Of a DNA stretch of 64,000 nt, positions 14,821-24,396 are shown piece after piece. The notes beneath the pieces are model-generated. The model saw only the letters and a program-made list of their open reading frames with translations, ran no database searches and was not told the origin of the DNA. Each line of letters begins with the position of its first letter. The stretch's first letter is position 1. The stretch is from NCBI GenBank assembly GCA_042217505.1, contig JBDGSN010000007.1:2700-66699 (forward strand), given 5' to 3'. This DNA comes from Candidatus Nanohaloarchaea archaeon. GTDB lineage: Archaea; Nanohalarchaeota; Nanosalinia; Nanosalinales; Nanosalinaceae. The position numbers and the translations under genes are program-made.

Positions 14821-17529
14821 TCACTGGCTGTCGTACAGGTTCTCTACCTTCTCCAGTTCGTCCGGGTTCTGCTTGTCGTCCCTGAACTGTTTCATCCTCG
14901 GGAACCTTAACGCATAGCCGGAGGTGTAGTTCGGACTCTTCTGTATCTCCTCGTACTCAGCCTCGACAATAACTTCGGGCTTCACCTTAACGTCACGGCC
15001 ATCCTCCTCGACTATCAAGGGCTCCAGTTTTTCGGTTATCTCCTCTAGCTGCTCATCGGTAAGACCTGTGGCCATCTTTCCGACCTCCAGGTACTCATCG
15101 CTCTTCGGGTCATAACAGCCCAGCTTTAATCTTGAAAGCCATCCTGAACGGCGGCCTTCGCCCCATTTAGCGCCGATTATAGCGAGGTCAAGGGTCTCCA
15201 TTACCGGCTTTAATTTTACCATGTAGCCTACTCTCGAGCCGGGCTTGTAGATAGCGTCGGTCGACTTCATCATGATTCCTTCCTGGCCTTCGCTAAGAGA
15301 TTTCTGCTGCATTTGCTGGACCTCCTGTTTTTCAGAGGTTTCGCCGTGGTCAACCAGTCTTAGCTCGTGTTTCTCGTCGTTGCAGATCTTGCCTAGCTTC
15401 TTCCATCTCTTACTGTAGGGAGTGTCAAGCATAGATTCATCGAGATACATGATGTCGAACGGCCGGACCTCTACAGGTATCTTCTTGACCAGTTGCTCAA
15501 TGTCGTACTTCCGCTTCACACGTTTCGACAGCTTCTGGAAAGGCACCATCGAGCCATCCTCCGGACTGTAAGCGACTATCTCTGAGTCGATTATGCAGTT
15601 GTCAGCGTTGATGTTGTTCTTCACAGCCTCGACAGCGTCCGGGAACTGCTTCGTGATATCTTCAAGCCGCCGGGTGAAAAGTCTGACATTATTGTTTTGG
15701 ACGTGGATTTGACAGTTATGCAGGGCTACAGTTGTAGTGCAGTAGCTTTCATCGTCTTCAACCTGTAAGTTGTATACTTTCTGCCGTGGATCAACTTCTC
15801 TAGGCGAATTTCTTGATAACTTATTTTTCTTAAGAATACGGACTTTCATTTTCCCGTTTTCTATAAATGCATTTCTTTTAGAGACTGTGAAAATAAGCCT
15901 ATAGTATGTTTTATCGTCAATCCTGAGTTTTCTTATACCAGAAACAATACCGTGTTTAGCAGCTATGAGTTGAGCTGTAGTTGCTAAAGATCTTTCTTTC
16001 GTGGTAACATTTTTTATACGGCCTTTTTCATCTCTCTGACCGTCTGCGTCTACCCAGCCCTCCAAAAATTTCTTGAATTCTTTTTTCTTGAGATTCCAGA
16101 ACCATTTAGGTATTTTTTTATCTTTCCAGCCACTTTGATCTTGTTTTCGGAAGTTTTGCGAAAGCCAGTTTAGCAGAGGAGGATCAGTCCAATAGAGTGT
16201 TTTTCCACCATTGTGAGTATGTGTTGAAAACTCCTCTTCGGGAACTTCAAGGATTTCTTTCAAGAGAGTAGAGTACTCTTCAAATTTCTTCACTTCTATT
16301 TCGTTAAAAACTAGACCTATCCGCTGATTACCATTAGCTTGATTGGAGTAGCCATCGCCCACCCAGAATCCTATGAATTTCCAGAAATCAGGGTTGACGT
16401 TTATCTCTTTCTTGTATCCGCCTTTCCTTTCAAGCGTAAGTTTTTCAGGTACTTCTTCTCCCGCTTCTATGTTAGGGATCGGAAATACTACGTGTTCTTC
16501 TTGGTCGATTTCTTCGACATTTTTCCAGCCACTTTCGGTTAAAATTTCGTGTCCTTCAGTGATTTTGAAGTCGTTACCTAGGTATGTTGAAAATTCGAAA
16601 ATCTGTTCATCGCTTTTTATAGTTCTCTTATTCTTTGCAGTGACCTCTTTGAAGTTTCCTCTATGAGTCAAAACTTTATCTCCGATTTTGACATCTCTAA
16701 CAGAGATAATTCCTTTATTCTGTACATAAATAGGAGTATAACCTGAAATGCATCTCACGCCGTCGTACTTGTAATCGATAGCTGCCGGTTTTCCAACGGT
16801 CTCGAATCCTTCCTCTATAGTATCTACTTTCTTCGCCAGCATTGAGTTGATCGGCCGGAAAAGCTCCATTTCCATTTCTTTCAGGGCCTCGACTCCTTCT
16901 GTACAGGCTTCGGCTACTTCACTAAAATCGTTTCTCAGGTCGTAAGCTCTCTGTATGATTTCCGTGTTCTCTCCGTCGAAAAAGGCTTCTGACAGGGCGT
17001 CCCTGACAATTCCTTCTCCCACTCCAAGACGCAGGTTTTCAATAAATGTTCTGGCTATCCAGCGGGCTTCCTCCGGTTCAGCGTCTGAAAGTAGTGATGC
17101 GACCTCCTTCTTTTTCTTGTCCATGTTAACGGAACCAAGCGATTTTTTCCCCATCCTGGCCACTTTATCGAGTTTCTCCACCACTCTTTCCACTGTGAGA
17201 TCCTTTGAGATCAACCTCTGCTGGGTCTTCTTCTCCACCATCTTCTCCGCTGCGTAGCCGAGGTCGCCTTCGTCCTTCCAGACTTCCTCGATCTCTTTCT
17301 CGTTTCTTCCAGTGGCCTCTGCGATTATATCGACCATGGTCTTGCTTGAGATACCGAGGTCCAGTTTCTTCCAGGTCGGGAACGGTCTTCCCATGGACAG
17401 TAAAACGATACTGCCTAGCTCGTCCTCATCGACTCTCTGGTAGAAATCTGCGAGTATGGATGTCTTCTCCAGGGTTGACTGCGTTGCCTCCAGTTCTTCG
17501 TAGACCTCGACGAGTTCGGCGTAGTCCAT
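14821..17529 (-). CDS. lig: ATP-dependent DNA ligase interrupted by an intein
   Basis: Motif I AIDYKYDGVR, then the intein, then CQIHVQNNNVRLFTRRLEDIT. Later motifs are EGIMMK and YMVKLKP. The protein is 556 aa after removing 346 aa. Confidence 0.95.
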   Translation of the reverse strand: MDYAELVEVYEELEATQSTLEKTSILADFYQRVDEDELGSIVLLSMGRPFPTWKKLDLGISSKTMVDIIAEATGRNEKEIEEVWKDEGDLGYAAEKMVEKKTQQRLISKDLTVERVVEKLDKVARMGKKSLGSVNMDKKKKEVASLLSDAEPEEARWIARTFIENLRLGVGEGIVRDALSEAFFDGENTEIIQRAYDLRNDFSEVAEACTEGVEALKEMEMELFRPINSMLAKKVDTIEEGFETVGKPAAIDYKYDGVRCISGYTPIYVQNKGIISVRDVKIGDKVLTHRGNFKEVTAKNKRTIKSDEQIFEFSTYLGNDFKITEGHEILTESGWKNVEEIDQEEHVVFPIPNIEAGEEVPEKLTLERKGGYKKEINVNPDFWKFIGFWVGDGYSNQANGNQRIGLVFNEIEVKKFEEYSTLLKEILEVPEEEFSTHTHNGGKTLYWTDPPLLNWLSQNFRKQDQSGWKDKKIPKWFWNLKKKEFKKFLEGWVDADGQRDEKGRIKNVTTKERSLATTAQLIAAKHGIVSGIRKLRIDDKTYYRLIFTVSKRNAFIENGKMKVRILKKNKLSRNSPREVDPRQKVYNLQVEDDESYCTTTVALHNCQIHVQNNNVRLFTRRLEDITKQFPDAVEAVKNNINADNCIIDSEIVAYSPEDGSMVPFQKLSKRVKRKYDIEQLVKKIPVEVRPFDIMYLDESMLDTPYSKRWKKLGKICNDEKHELRLVDHGETSEKQEVQQMQQKSLSEGQEGIMMKSTDAIYKPGSRVGYMVKLKPVMETLDLAIIGAKWGEGRRSGWLSRLKLGCYDPKSDEYLEVGKMATGLTDEQLEEITEKLEPLIVEEDGRDVKVKPEVIVEAEYEEIQKSPNYTSGYALRFPRMKQFRDDKQNPDELEKVENLYDSQ
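15715..16752 (-). mobile_element. LAGLIDADG-type intein (346 aa) in DNA ligase
   Basis: Starts at Cys (CISGYTPIYV), has block B TEGHEILT and LAGLIDADG motifs FIGFWVGDGYS and FLEGWVDADGQ, and ends VALHN followed by a +1 Cys. Visibly AT-rich: a hand count of 15841-15900 gives 19/60 GC, against 31/60 in the extein line 15241-15300. Confidence 0.9.
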
Positions 17530-17584
17530 GTTAACAGAGTTTTTCCTGAAAGGTTTAAACTGTGGTTATCAAATTTAACTGTAG

Positions 17585-18229
17585 ATGACATCCTTTGACT
17601 CCATACGAGAGCTTTCCTCTTTCAGGAACGCCAAAGACGAGATGATCTCAAGGAAAACAGTCGGCAAGATACTGGAAGCAGGCAGGCAGACTCCATCGCC
17701 GGGAAACGTTCAGAGCCTGGAGTTCATCGTGGTCGAGGATGAACACAAGAAACACATGTTCGCAGATGCCTCAGGCGATGAAAGAGTGGAGCACGCCCCG
17801 ACACTTGTCATAGTGCTTGCTGATATCGACAGGATGGCCCGGCGTGTCGGCGATGGCAGAGCAAGAGAGTTCTCGGCAGCTGAAGCTGCCAGTGCGATCC
17901 AGAACATGCGTCTGACTGCATGGGAGGAAGATATCGCATCCTGCTGGATATCTGGTTTCGACGAACAGCAGGTCGCTGGACAGTTCAATATACCAAGTGG
18001 AAAGGTCCCTATGGGGGCGGTGGCGTTTGCGTATACCGATACACCTGTCGAGAAGCCTTCAAGATTCGGTATGAACAGTGTTGCTTTCTACGATGAGTAC
18101 GACAACCAGATAGGAAGCGTCTTTGATGGCGTGGAATGGAAAGGTTTAGAGGAGAACAAGAGGATCTACGGTAAGAAAGCTTCAGGTCTGACTCACAAGT
18201 TGCGGAGAAAACTAAGAAAGTTTTTATAA
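17585..18229 (+). CDS. nitroreductase-family protein
   Basis: RKTVGKILEAGRQTPSPGNVQSLEFIVVED is the typical nitroreductase N-terminal pattern. Confidence 0.8.
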   Translation: MTSFDSIRELSSFRNAKDEMISRKTVGKILEAGRQTPSPGNVQSLEFIVVEDEHKKHMFADASGDERVEHAPTLVIVLADIDRMARRVGDGRAREFSAAEAASAIQNMRLTAWEEDIASCWISGFDEQQVAGQFNIPSGKVPMGAVAFAYTDTPVEKPSRFGMNSVAFYDEYDNQIGSVFDGVEWKGLEENKRIYGKKASGLTHKLRRKLRKFL

Positions 18230-18300
18230 AGTTTCAATATAATCAATTATTACCGGTCAATGATAAACGATTAACTGGTGCGAGACAAAACACCGGATAA

Positions 18301-18310
18301 GGTTTATAAC
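18301..18310 (+). promoter_or_regulatory. TATA element GGTTTATAAC upstream of the TrmB-family gene
   Basis: One-base variant of the recurrent GTTTATAAAC, 32 nt before the GTG at 18342. Confidence 0.45.
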
Positions 18311-18341
18311 TGGCCGTACAGAAAGGTTTCCATAGAACCTG

Positions 18342-19205
18342 GTGTATCAAGTTATGGTTGCAAGTCAAGAGACTCTGGATAAGTTGGAAGACATAGGACT
18401 AAACATGTACGAGAGAAAAATATATTCTGCACTTCTCGGAAGAGGAGTTTCAACTGCAGGAGAGCTCTCGGAGATGACTAATGTCCCGAGATCTAGGGCT
18501 TACGATGTTCTGGAATCTCTGGCAGAGAAAGGTTTTGCAGTAATCAAGTCAAGCAAGCCTATGGAGTACGTTGCAATACCACCTAACCAGGCTATAGAGA
18601 ATATTAAGAAGCAGCACAGGCAGGAGCTTGAGGACAAGCTGAACAAGCTTGACGATTTCAAGACTTCTGAAGCTGTTGAGGAACTTGAGAACCTTTACGA
18701 TCAGGGTCTTGAACTTGTGGAGCCGGAGGAGATGTCCGGTTCTCTGAAAGGAGAACACCAGATCAACCAGCACATGGGAACCATGTTCCAGGATGCTTCT
18801 GAAAGCATCAAGGTAGTTACTTCTGAAAAAGGGCTTAACGACCTGTATGAGAACCACGCCGACCTTCTGAGAGAGGCGAAAGAGCAGGGTGTCAACGTGA
18901 AAGTTCTAGCACCTGTAACCGACTCCAACCGTGAATCCTTCAAAGGATTAAGAGAGTTCTCCGAGGTAAGACATCTTGAAGGAGAGGGCGAGTTCGATAT
19001 ACCTAACGGACGCTTCGCCATAATCGATGGAGATGCTTTAACCATGTCCATGACCCACGACGATGTCCACTCTACACAGGACACAGCTTTCTGGACAAAG
19101 TCAGATCATATGGCCCAGGAGACGATGGGCCCTGTCTTCGACATGCTGTGGCATCACTCAAAGGATCCTTCGGAAGAAGGTCCAGAAGGTCCGAAGAGGG
19201 AGTAA
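18342..19205 (+). CDS. TrmB-family transcriptional regulator
   Basis: N-terminal wHTH LEDIGLNMYERKIYSALLGRGVSTAGELSEMTNVPRSRAYDVLESLAEKGFA. Alternative ATG at 18354. Confidence 0.8.
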   Translation: MYQVMVASQETLDKLEDIGLNMYERKIYSALLGRGVSTAGELSEMTNVPRSRAYDVLESLAEKGFAVIKSSKPMEYVAIPPNQAIENIKKQHRQELEDKLNKLDDFKTSEAVEELENLYDQGLELVEPEEMSGSLKGEHQINQHMGTMFQDASESIKVVTSEKGLNDLYENHADLLREAKEQGVNVKVLAPVTDSNRESFKGLREFSEVRHLEGEGEFDIPNGRFAIIDGDALTMSMTHDDVHSTQDTAFWTKSDHMAQETMGPVFDMLWHHSKDPSEEGPEGPKRE

Positions 19206-19304
19206 TCCTCTGAAGACTTCCTCATTTTGATATATGGCCCACTACTTAGCCCGGATCTATCGTGCCGAATTTTCTAAGAGACAGTTATTAACCGGGTGAA
19301 ATTT

Positions 19305-19829
19305 TTAATTTGCAAGTATCCCGAGTTCCCGGGAGATGCTTCTCAGGTGTGTCATATCTGTTCCTCTCTTCGGATCTTTTCCATCCAGTTTCTTGCGTGG
19401 GATGGCCTTTGATTCAACGCCTGCCAGTCCCTTGTCCTGGTTTCTCTTGAGATGTATCTTCTTGCGCTCTGTATCCAGTATAACGTCCCCGTTCTTCAAC
19501 TGTTCAAGCTCTGTCTCATTCAGTCTATTCCTGTCTATAACCAGGCCGATGATCTTCCGGTGGATGCTGTCAGCCCGGTTTTCCAGTAGCCTGATCTCTT
19601 TCTTTGTAGAATTCCTGTAGGATAGCTCCAGTCCTCTGTAACGTGGAGAGTAGACATTGATGTACTTTGACCTGAATCCTGTGAAGAAACCTTCTATGAC
19701 CGTATAAGGGCTGTTAGAGTTCTGGCTCTGGTAAAGCGCCAGATCGGTTGAGCGACCGTCTGTACCGTGTGCAGCGGCAGCACCACCTATCAAAAGCAGA
19801 ATTGCTGCCGTTAAAGCCAGTTTCCTCAT
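19305..19829 (-). CDS. secreted, unusually basic hypothetical protein
   Basis: Signal peptide MRKLALTAAILLLIGGAAAAHG. The mature part is K/R-rich, unlike the acidic proteome around it. Confidence 0.5.
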   Translation of the reverse strand: MRKLALTAAILLLIGGAAAAHGTDGRSTDLALYQSQNSNSPYTVIEGFFTGFRSKYINVYSPRYRGLELSYRNSTKKEIRLLENRADSIHRKIIGLVIDRNRLNETELEQLKNGDVILDTERKKIHLKRNQDKGLAGVESKAIPRKKLDGKDPKRGTDMTHLRSISRELGILAN

Positions 19830-19882
19830 AACCGTGAAAGAGGGTGCTGTTCTTTTTAACCTTTAACATATATCACGACTGT

Positions 19883-21466
19883 ATGTCCAAGCTGAAGAAG
19901 ATCTCCCGCAGTATAATCGAAGAGATAGAGTCGGGAGAGCTGGAGTCGAAGGAAGAGATCGAGCAGAGAAAGAAAGATCTGTGTAGGGAAACTTCTCTCG
20001 ATGGGATGCCGAAGAACTCAGACATGCTTAACTTCGCTGAGGAGGATGAGAAGAAGGCCCAGCAGCTTCTGAAGACGAAGCCTATGAGAACCATCTCGGG
20101 CATAGCTAACGTGGCTATAATGGCAAGGCCTGCACCCTGTGGAGGTGGATGTATTTACTGTCCTAAAGGGAAGAACGCTCCACAGAGCTACACGGGTAAG
20201 GAGCCAGCGACACGTAGAGCTATCAGGAACAACTATGACCCGTTCGACCAGGTCCATGACAGGCTTGGACAGTACAAGAAAAACGGTCACCCTGTGGACA
20301 AATCCAAACTGATCGTTATGGGAGGAACGTTCCCGTTCCAGGACCCGGATTACCAAAAAGAGTTCGTTAAAAGAGCTTTCGACGGTTTCAACACTTTCCA
20401 GGACGAAGAAGGGGCAGAATCCGAGACACTGGAGGAAGCCCAACTGCAGAACGAGACCGCAGAGGTCAGGAACGTCGGTATAACGTTCGAGACACGACCG
20501 GATATAGCCGAGACAAAACACATAGACCGGATACTGGAGATGGGAGGAACCCGTGTAGAGATGGGAGTCCAGACAGTCTTCGATGGTACACATGAGTTAA
20601 CGAATAGAGGTCACGGCATGGAACCGGTCATAGAAGCCACTAAAAGGCTGAAAAACGCAGGTTTCAAGGTCGCATACCACCTGATGCTTGGTTTACCCGG
20701 TGAGGATTATGAAGACGATATACAGAAGTTCAAAGAAGTCTTCAACAACCAGGATTACCAGCCGGATGAGGTCAAGATATATCCGTGCGAGGTCATACAG
20801 GGAACAGAGCTGTACCGTAGATACGAGGAAGGAGAGTTCGAGCCTATAACAGATGAGGAGGCCAAAGAACGTCTGAAGTACGTTCAAGAACATATCATGC
20901 CTCCGCACGTTCGTGTGAAAAGGGTTATGAGGGATATACCATCGACAGAGGTCGATGCCGGACCGCAGTTGACCAACATGAGGCAGATGGCATTACAGGA
21001 ACTGCATGAAGAAGGCAAAAGATGCCGTTGTATAAGATGTAGAGAGGTCGGGCACGTCAGGCGTACACACGATCTTGAGCCTGAAGACGTCGAGATGGTT
21101 GGAAGAAGCTATGAGGCATCGGGCGGTGAGGAGTATTTCATAAGCTTTGAGGATGTTGATCAGGATATAATACTTGGATTTGTCCGGCTAAGGGCGCCAC
21201 CTGAAAGCCACCGTGAAGAGATAGACGGGAATACTCTACTGGTCAGACAGTTGAAAGTACTTGGATCCGCTACAGCTATAGGAAGTGAGGGAGAAGACAC
21301 CCAGCACAAAGGATATGGTAAGAAACTGATGCAGGCAGCAGAAGAGAAGGCCGAAGAACTCGGTAAGAACAAGGTAGTCGTTATCGCAGCTGTCGGCACA
21401 CGTGAATATTACAGAAAATTAGGTTACGAGAAGGAAGGGCCGTACATGGTCAAGTACCTTGATTAA
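19883..21466 (+). CDS. elp3: Elp3-family radical SAM / GNAT tRNA modification enzyme
   Basis: Radical SAM cluster CGGGCIYCP and C-terminal GNAT HKGYGKKLMQAAE. ATG at 19883 (MSKLKK) is preferred over the GTG at 19844. Confidence 0.9.
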   Translation: MSKLKKISRSIIEEIESGELESKEEIEQRKKDLCRETSLDGMPKNSDMLNFAEEDEKKAQQLLKTKPMRTISGIANVAIMARPAPCGGGCIYCPKGKNAPQSYTGKEPATRRAIRNNYDPFDQVHDRLGQYKKNGHPVDKSKLIVMGGTFPFQDPDYQKEFVKRAFDGFNTFQDEEGAESETLEEAQLQNETAEVRNVGITFETRPDIAETKHIDRILEMGGTRVEMGVQTVFDGTHELTNRGHGMEPVIEATKRLKNAGFKVAYHLMLGLPGEDYEDDIQKFKEVFNNQDYQPDEVKIYPCEVIQGTELYRRYEEGEFEPITDEEAKERLKYVQEHIMPPHVRVKRVMRDIPSTEVDAGPQLTNMRQMALQELHEEGKRCRCIRCREVGHVRRTHDLEPEDVEMVGRSYEASGGEEYFISFEDVDQDIILGFVRLRAPPESHREEIDGNTLLVRQLKVLGSATAIGSEGEDTQHKGYGKKLMQAAEEKAEELGKNKVVVIAAVGTREYYRKLGYEKEGPYMVKYLD

Positions 21467-22551
21467 CTGGTTTTCAGTTCTTCGCTCATAGAGTTTAAGT
21501 TCTCGTAACCGTCTTCTGTCACCAGCACCATATCTTCTATCCGAACACCGCCTTTGTCCCTGTAGTAAAGACCTGGTTCAATTGTCAGTATCTCACCTGC
21601 CTCCAGCTCGTGTTCACTATCCTCGGCTATACGAGGACCTTCATGCAGGTCAAGACCTACTCCGTGACCGGTAGAGTGGATAAAACCCTCTGATTCTGTC
21701 GTCTCGAAACCGTGTTCTTCAAGTGTCCGTACCACGGTTCTGTGAACTTTCGAGGCAGCTACTCCGGCTTTTATCTCATCCAGGCCGTTTCTCTTGGCTT
21801 CTTTGACCGCTTCATGCATCTCTTCGATATCCTCGTTGTCTTCTTTCAGGAAAGTTCTTGTCATATCTCCGAAGTACATCTCTTTTCGAGGGAAGATATC
21901 TATCACGACCGGTTCATCTTTCTTTATAGGACCGGATCCGAGCACGTGAGGGTCAGCTGACCCGGAACCACTTGATGTGATAGGCTCCATCACGTTCTGG
22001 CAGTTTGCTTCCAGCAGATGCTTCTGTATCTCCTGTTTCAGTCTCTCGGAGGTCAGTTTCTCATCTTTCCAGACCAGTTCATCGCCCTCTATATCAGAGT
22101 CTTTGATGACAGATTTTGCGTGTTTCATGGCGTTCTCAGTCGCTTTCTGGGCCGAAATTATCTTTTCTATCTCCTGTTCTGATTTCACCATCCGTTCTTC
22201 GGTTAGAGGGGACTTCCTCACCTCTACATCGAAACTTCTCTCCAGCTCTTTCAGGAGCCCGGAAGGGTACTCCTCGGGCACCGCTACTTTCGATACTTTT
22301 TCGTCTTTGAGCATCTCTTTCATGTCCTCAAAGTTTCCAGTCTTTACCTCATCTGCTGTGGATTCTTTGATCGCTCTTGATCTCTCCATAGATGAGACGA
22401 ATAGAACGGTGCCGCTTCCAAGCGTCGCTGCTTCAACTGCATCTGATGTGGTGAACCCTACTGTGTAGAATAGATCTGCGTTCTCCGAGCTACCGTGCTG
22501 TAGGTAGGCATCGATACTGCTTTCCTGAAGCCAGGTGCGTAATCCGGCCAT
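21463..22551 (-). CDS. M24B Xaa-Pro peptidase (creatinase/prolidase fold)
   Basis: HSTGHGVGLDLHEGP and EPGLY...GGVRIED metal-ligand motifs. Confidence 0.85.
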   Translation of the reverse strand: MAGLRTWLQESSIDAYLQHGSSENADLFYTVGFTTSDAVEAATLGSGTVLFVSSMERSRAIKESTADEVKTGNFEDMKEMLKDEKVSKVAVPEEYPSGLLKELERSFDVEVRKSPLTEERMVKSEQEIEKIISAQKATENAMKHAKSVIKDSDIEGDELVWKDEKLTSERLKQEIQKHLLEANCQNVMEPITSSGSGSADPHVLGSGPIKKDEPVVIDIFPRKEMYFGDMTRTFLKEDNEDIEEMHEAVKEAKRNGLDEIKAGVAASKVHRTVVRTLEEHGFETTESEGFIHSTGHGVGLDLHEGPRIAEDSEHELEAGEILTIEPGLYYRDKGGVRIEDMVLVTEDGYENLNSMSEELKTS

Positions 22552-22616
22552 GCAGAAGTTTTACTGAGTAAAAATAAAAAGAGGTGATCTCCCCTCCCCT
22601 GGGAAGCTCACCGATG

Positions 22617-22898
22617 CTAGTTGGAATGACTCTCCTTGAGTGTCTGCCACTTTTCCGAAAACTCGTCCTTCATCTGTCTGAGCGCTACTTTCTCCTCGTC
22701 GCTCAGTTCGTTGGACTCAACAATCCGCCTGTATATTTTGTATGGGTGTGTTGGTACGTCGTTGCTCATGTTTTTCTCGAATTTGTCCTCGAATTTGTGC
22801 CGATGTTCCTCGACCATCTCTTCGTACTGGTCGTTGTCCTTCCATTCATCGGCGAGCTTCTCCTCAGAACTCTTCCCTATGTCCCAAAGGCTCGCCAT
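22617..22898 (-). CDS. hypothetical helical acidic protein (93 aa)
   Basis: Clean ORF. No family recognised. Confidence 0.45.
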   Translation of the reverse strand: MASLWDIGKSSEEKLADEWKDNDQYEEMVEEHRHKFEDKFEKNMSNDVPTHPYKIYRRIVESNELSDEEKVALRQMKDEFSEKWQTLKESHSN

Positions 22899-23095
22899 AT
22901 AGTAGATTCATCGCATGTAACTCTTTTTAACGTTATGCTCAAATCGGGGTTAGAAGGCCGTTCAAACCGTTTTTTTCTGTATTTAGCGAGCAGTGACAAC
23001 ATTATTCTGGAAATAAAGCCCGGAGAGAGGTCAACCGGACTTGATCCAATCATGTTTTCAGATTATAATTAAAGCTGGAGATACAAGGCTATAAC

Positions 23096-23791
23096 ATGAC
23101 AGGTTTCAGAAAAGTGCTTGTGGACAGCTTCAGGATGCTTTACAGGCGTCCGAAGATATTTGCGCCGAAGATCGTATCGATGGCCATGAGCTCCACGCTG
23201 CTGATACTTTTCCTTTCAAGCAGGATAGACTACTTCACGATGCTTGTTTTACTTCCGATACTCGGGATGGTAGGACTTTTCGCATCGGTGATGGTTGCCT
23301 ACATGGTGAAAGAGGAGGGACAGGACAACATACTGAAGAACTCATTCTACGCCGCTCTTTCCCGCTGGAAACCTGCGGCAGCTGTATCTATCGTTATACT
23401 CGTTATAGGTTTTGTCACAGCGATACCGCTCACATTCGCACTTTTCTACTATGCGGAAACAGGGTCTGTGCTTGCTGTCACTGTAGGCGTAGTTATCGCC
23501 GTTGCAGCTGTATTGCTGGCCGGTTTTGCTTCGTATTTCCTCCCGATAACTCTACTTGAAGAGAACAGTCTGAAAGGAAGTATACTTGACTCTTTCAGGA
23601 CGTCACGGGAAAACTCGAAGGAGGTCACTCTTCTCCTCTTGGTTTCACTGATACTCTTGGGGGTAGCATTCGCTTCCGACAGCTATCTTCAAGTGCTTGG
23701 CTACGCCGGGTTTATAGTCGGGAGGGTGATATCAACGGTTGTCAATACCTACCTCTTCGTTGTCTCCCCGACATTCTACCTGGAGAACTAG
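23096..23791 (+). CDS. polytopic membrane protein (about 6 TM)
   Basis: Repeated hydrophobic helices, for example LLILFLSSRIDYFTMLVLLPILGMVGLFASVMVAYMV. No family recognised. Confidence 0.55.
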   Translation: MTGFRKVLVDSFRMLYRRPKIFAPKIVSMAMSSTLLILFLSSRIDYFTMLVLLPILGMVGLFASVMVAYMVKEEGQDNILKNSFYAALSRWKPAAAVSIVILVIGFVTAIPLTFALFYYAETGSVLAVTVGVVIAVAAVLLAGFASYFLPITLLEENSLKGSILDSFRTSRENSKEVTLLLLVSLILLGVAFASDSYLQVLGYAGFIVGRVISTVVNTYLFVVSPTFYLEN

Positions 23792-24357
23792 CCTCTAAGT
23801 GTGTTGATAAGTTCTTCAGCAGCCTTCTCGGCTCTTCCTTCCTCGTTCTCGATAACTTTCAGATAGGCTCCTGTCTGGACTGCACCTGCTGCTGCCATCT
23901 CTCTTGCTACATCCAGGTATTCCTGTACATCTTCGACTGATTCGTGCTCTCTTGATCTGTCGCCATCACCCTGGCTCCTGTTGAATATATCCTTCGCCTC
24001 GGCTGTCAGCATGATTATCTTGCTCGGCTCCAGGTTCTCAAGCGTCCATTTTGGAAGCCCTGGGATGTACCCGAAAGGTGATTTGATCGCAGCATGAGTG
24101 TCTACGATAACATCTTTTTCCTCAGATTCTTCGACTATCCTTTCAGCCGCATTCATCTGGATCCTCTTGTACGTCTTTGTATCGAGTTCCTTCATCTCGT
24201 CCCTGTTGTCGACAAGTCCCTCGTCCTTCGCTGTCTCGACCATCTTGTCACCGTAGTTGATGACCTTGTAGTCTTTATCGGAAAGCATCATAGCTTCCTT
24301 AAGGACTGTGGATTTTCCTACTCCTGAAAGACCGACTAGGATGTTAACTTCGCTCAT
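23788..24357 (-). CDS. adkA: archaeal-type adenylate kinase
   Basis: P-loop GLSGVGKSTV and DTHAAIKSPFGYIPGLPKWTLENLEPSKIIML, which matches the archaeal AdkA family pattern. Confidence 0.9.
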   Translation of the reverse strand: MSEVNILVGLSGVGKSTVLKEAMMLSDKDYKVINYGDKMVETAKDEGLVDNRDEMKELDTKTYKRIQMNAAERIVEESEEKDVIVDTHAAIKSPFGYIPGLPKWTLENLEPSKIIMLTAEAKDIFNRSQGDGDRSREHESVEDVQEYLDVAREMAAAGAVQTGAYLKVIENEEGRAEKAAEELINTLRG

Positions 24358-24396
24358 TTTAGCGTCACCATGTGGTTTTCTGCGTCAAGCAGATTT

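Noticed and set aside
20018-20593. Long antisense ORFs inside confident genes (for example 20018-20593 in elp3, 37221-37838 in atpA, 51460-52008 in mat, 53038-53637 in the peptidase, 44171-45568 in the 868-aa ORF)
   Set aside because: These are shadow frames of strongly coding regions. Their compositions are Ser/Arg/Leu/Cys-rich and they have no independent start signals.
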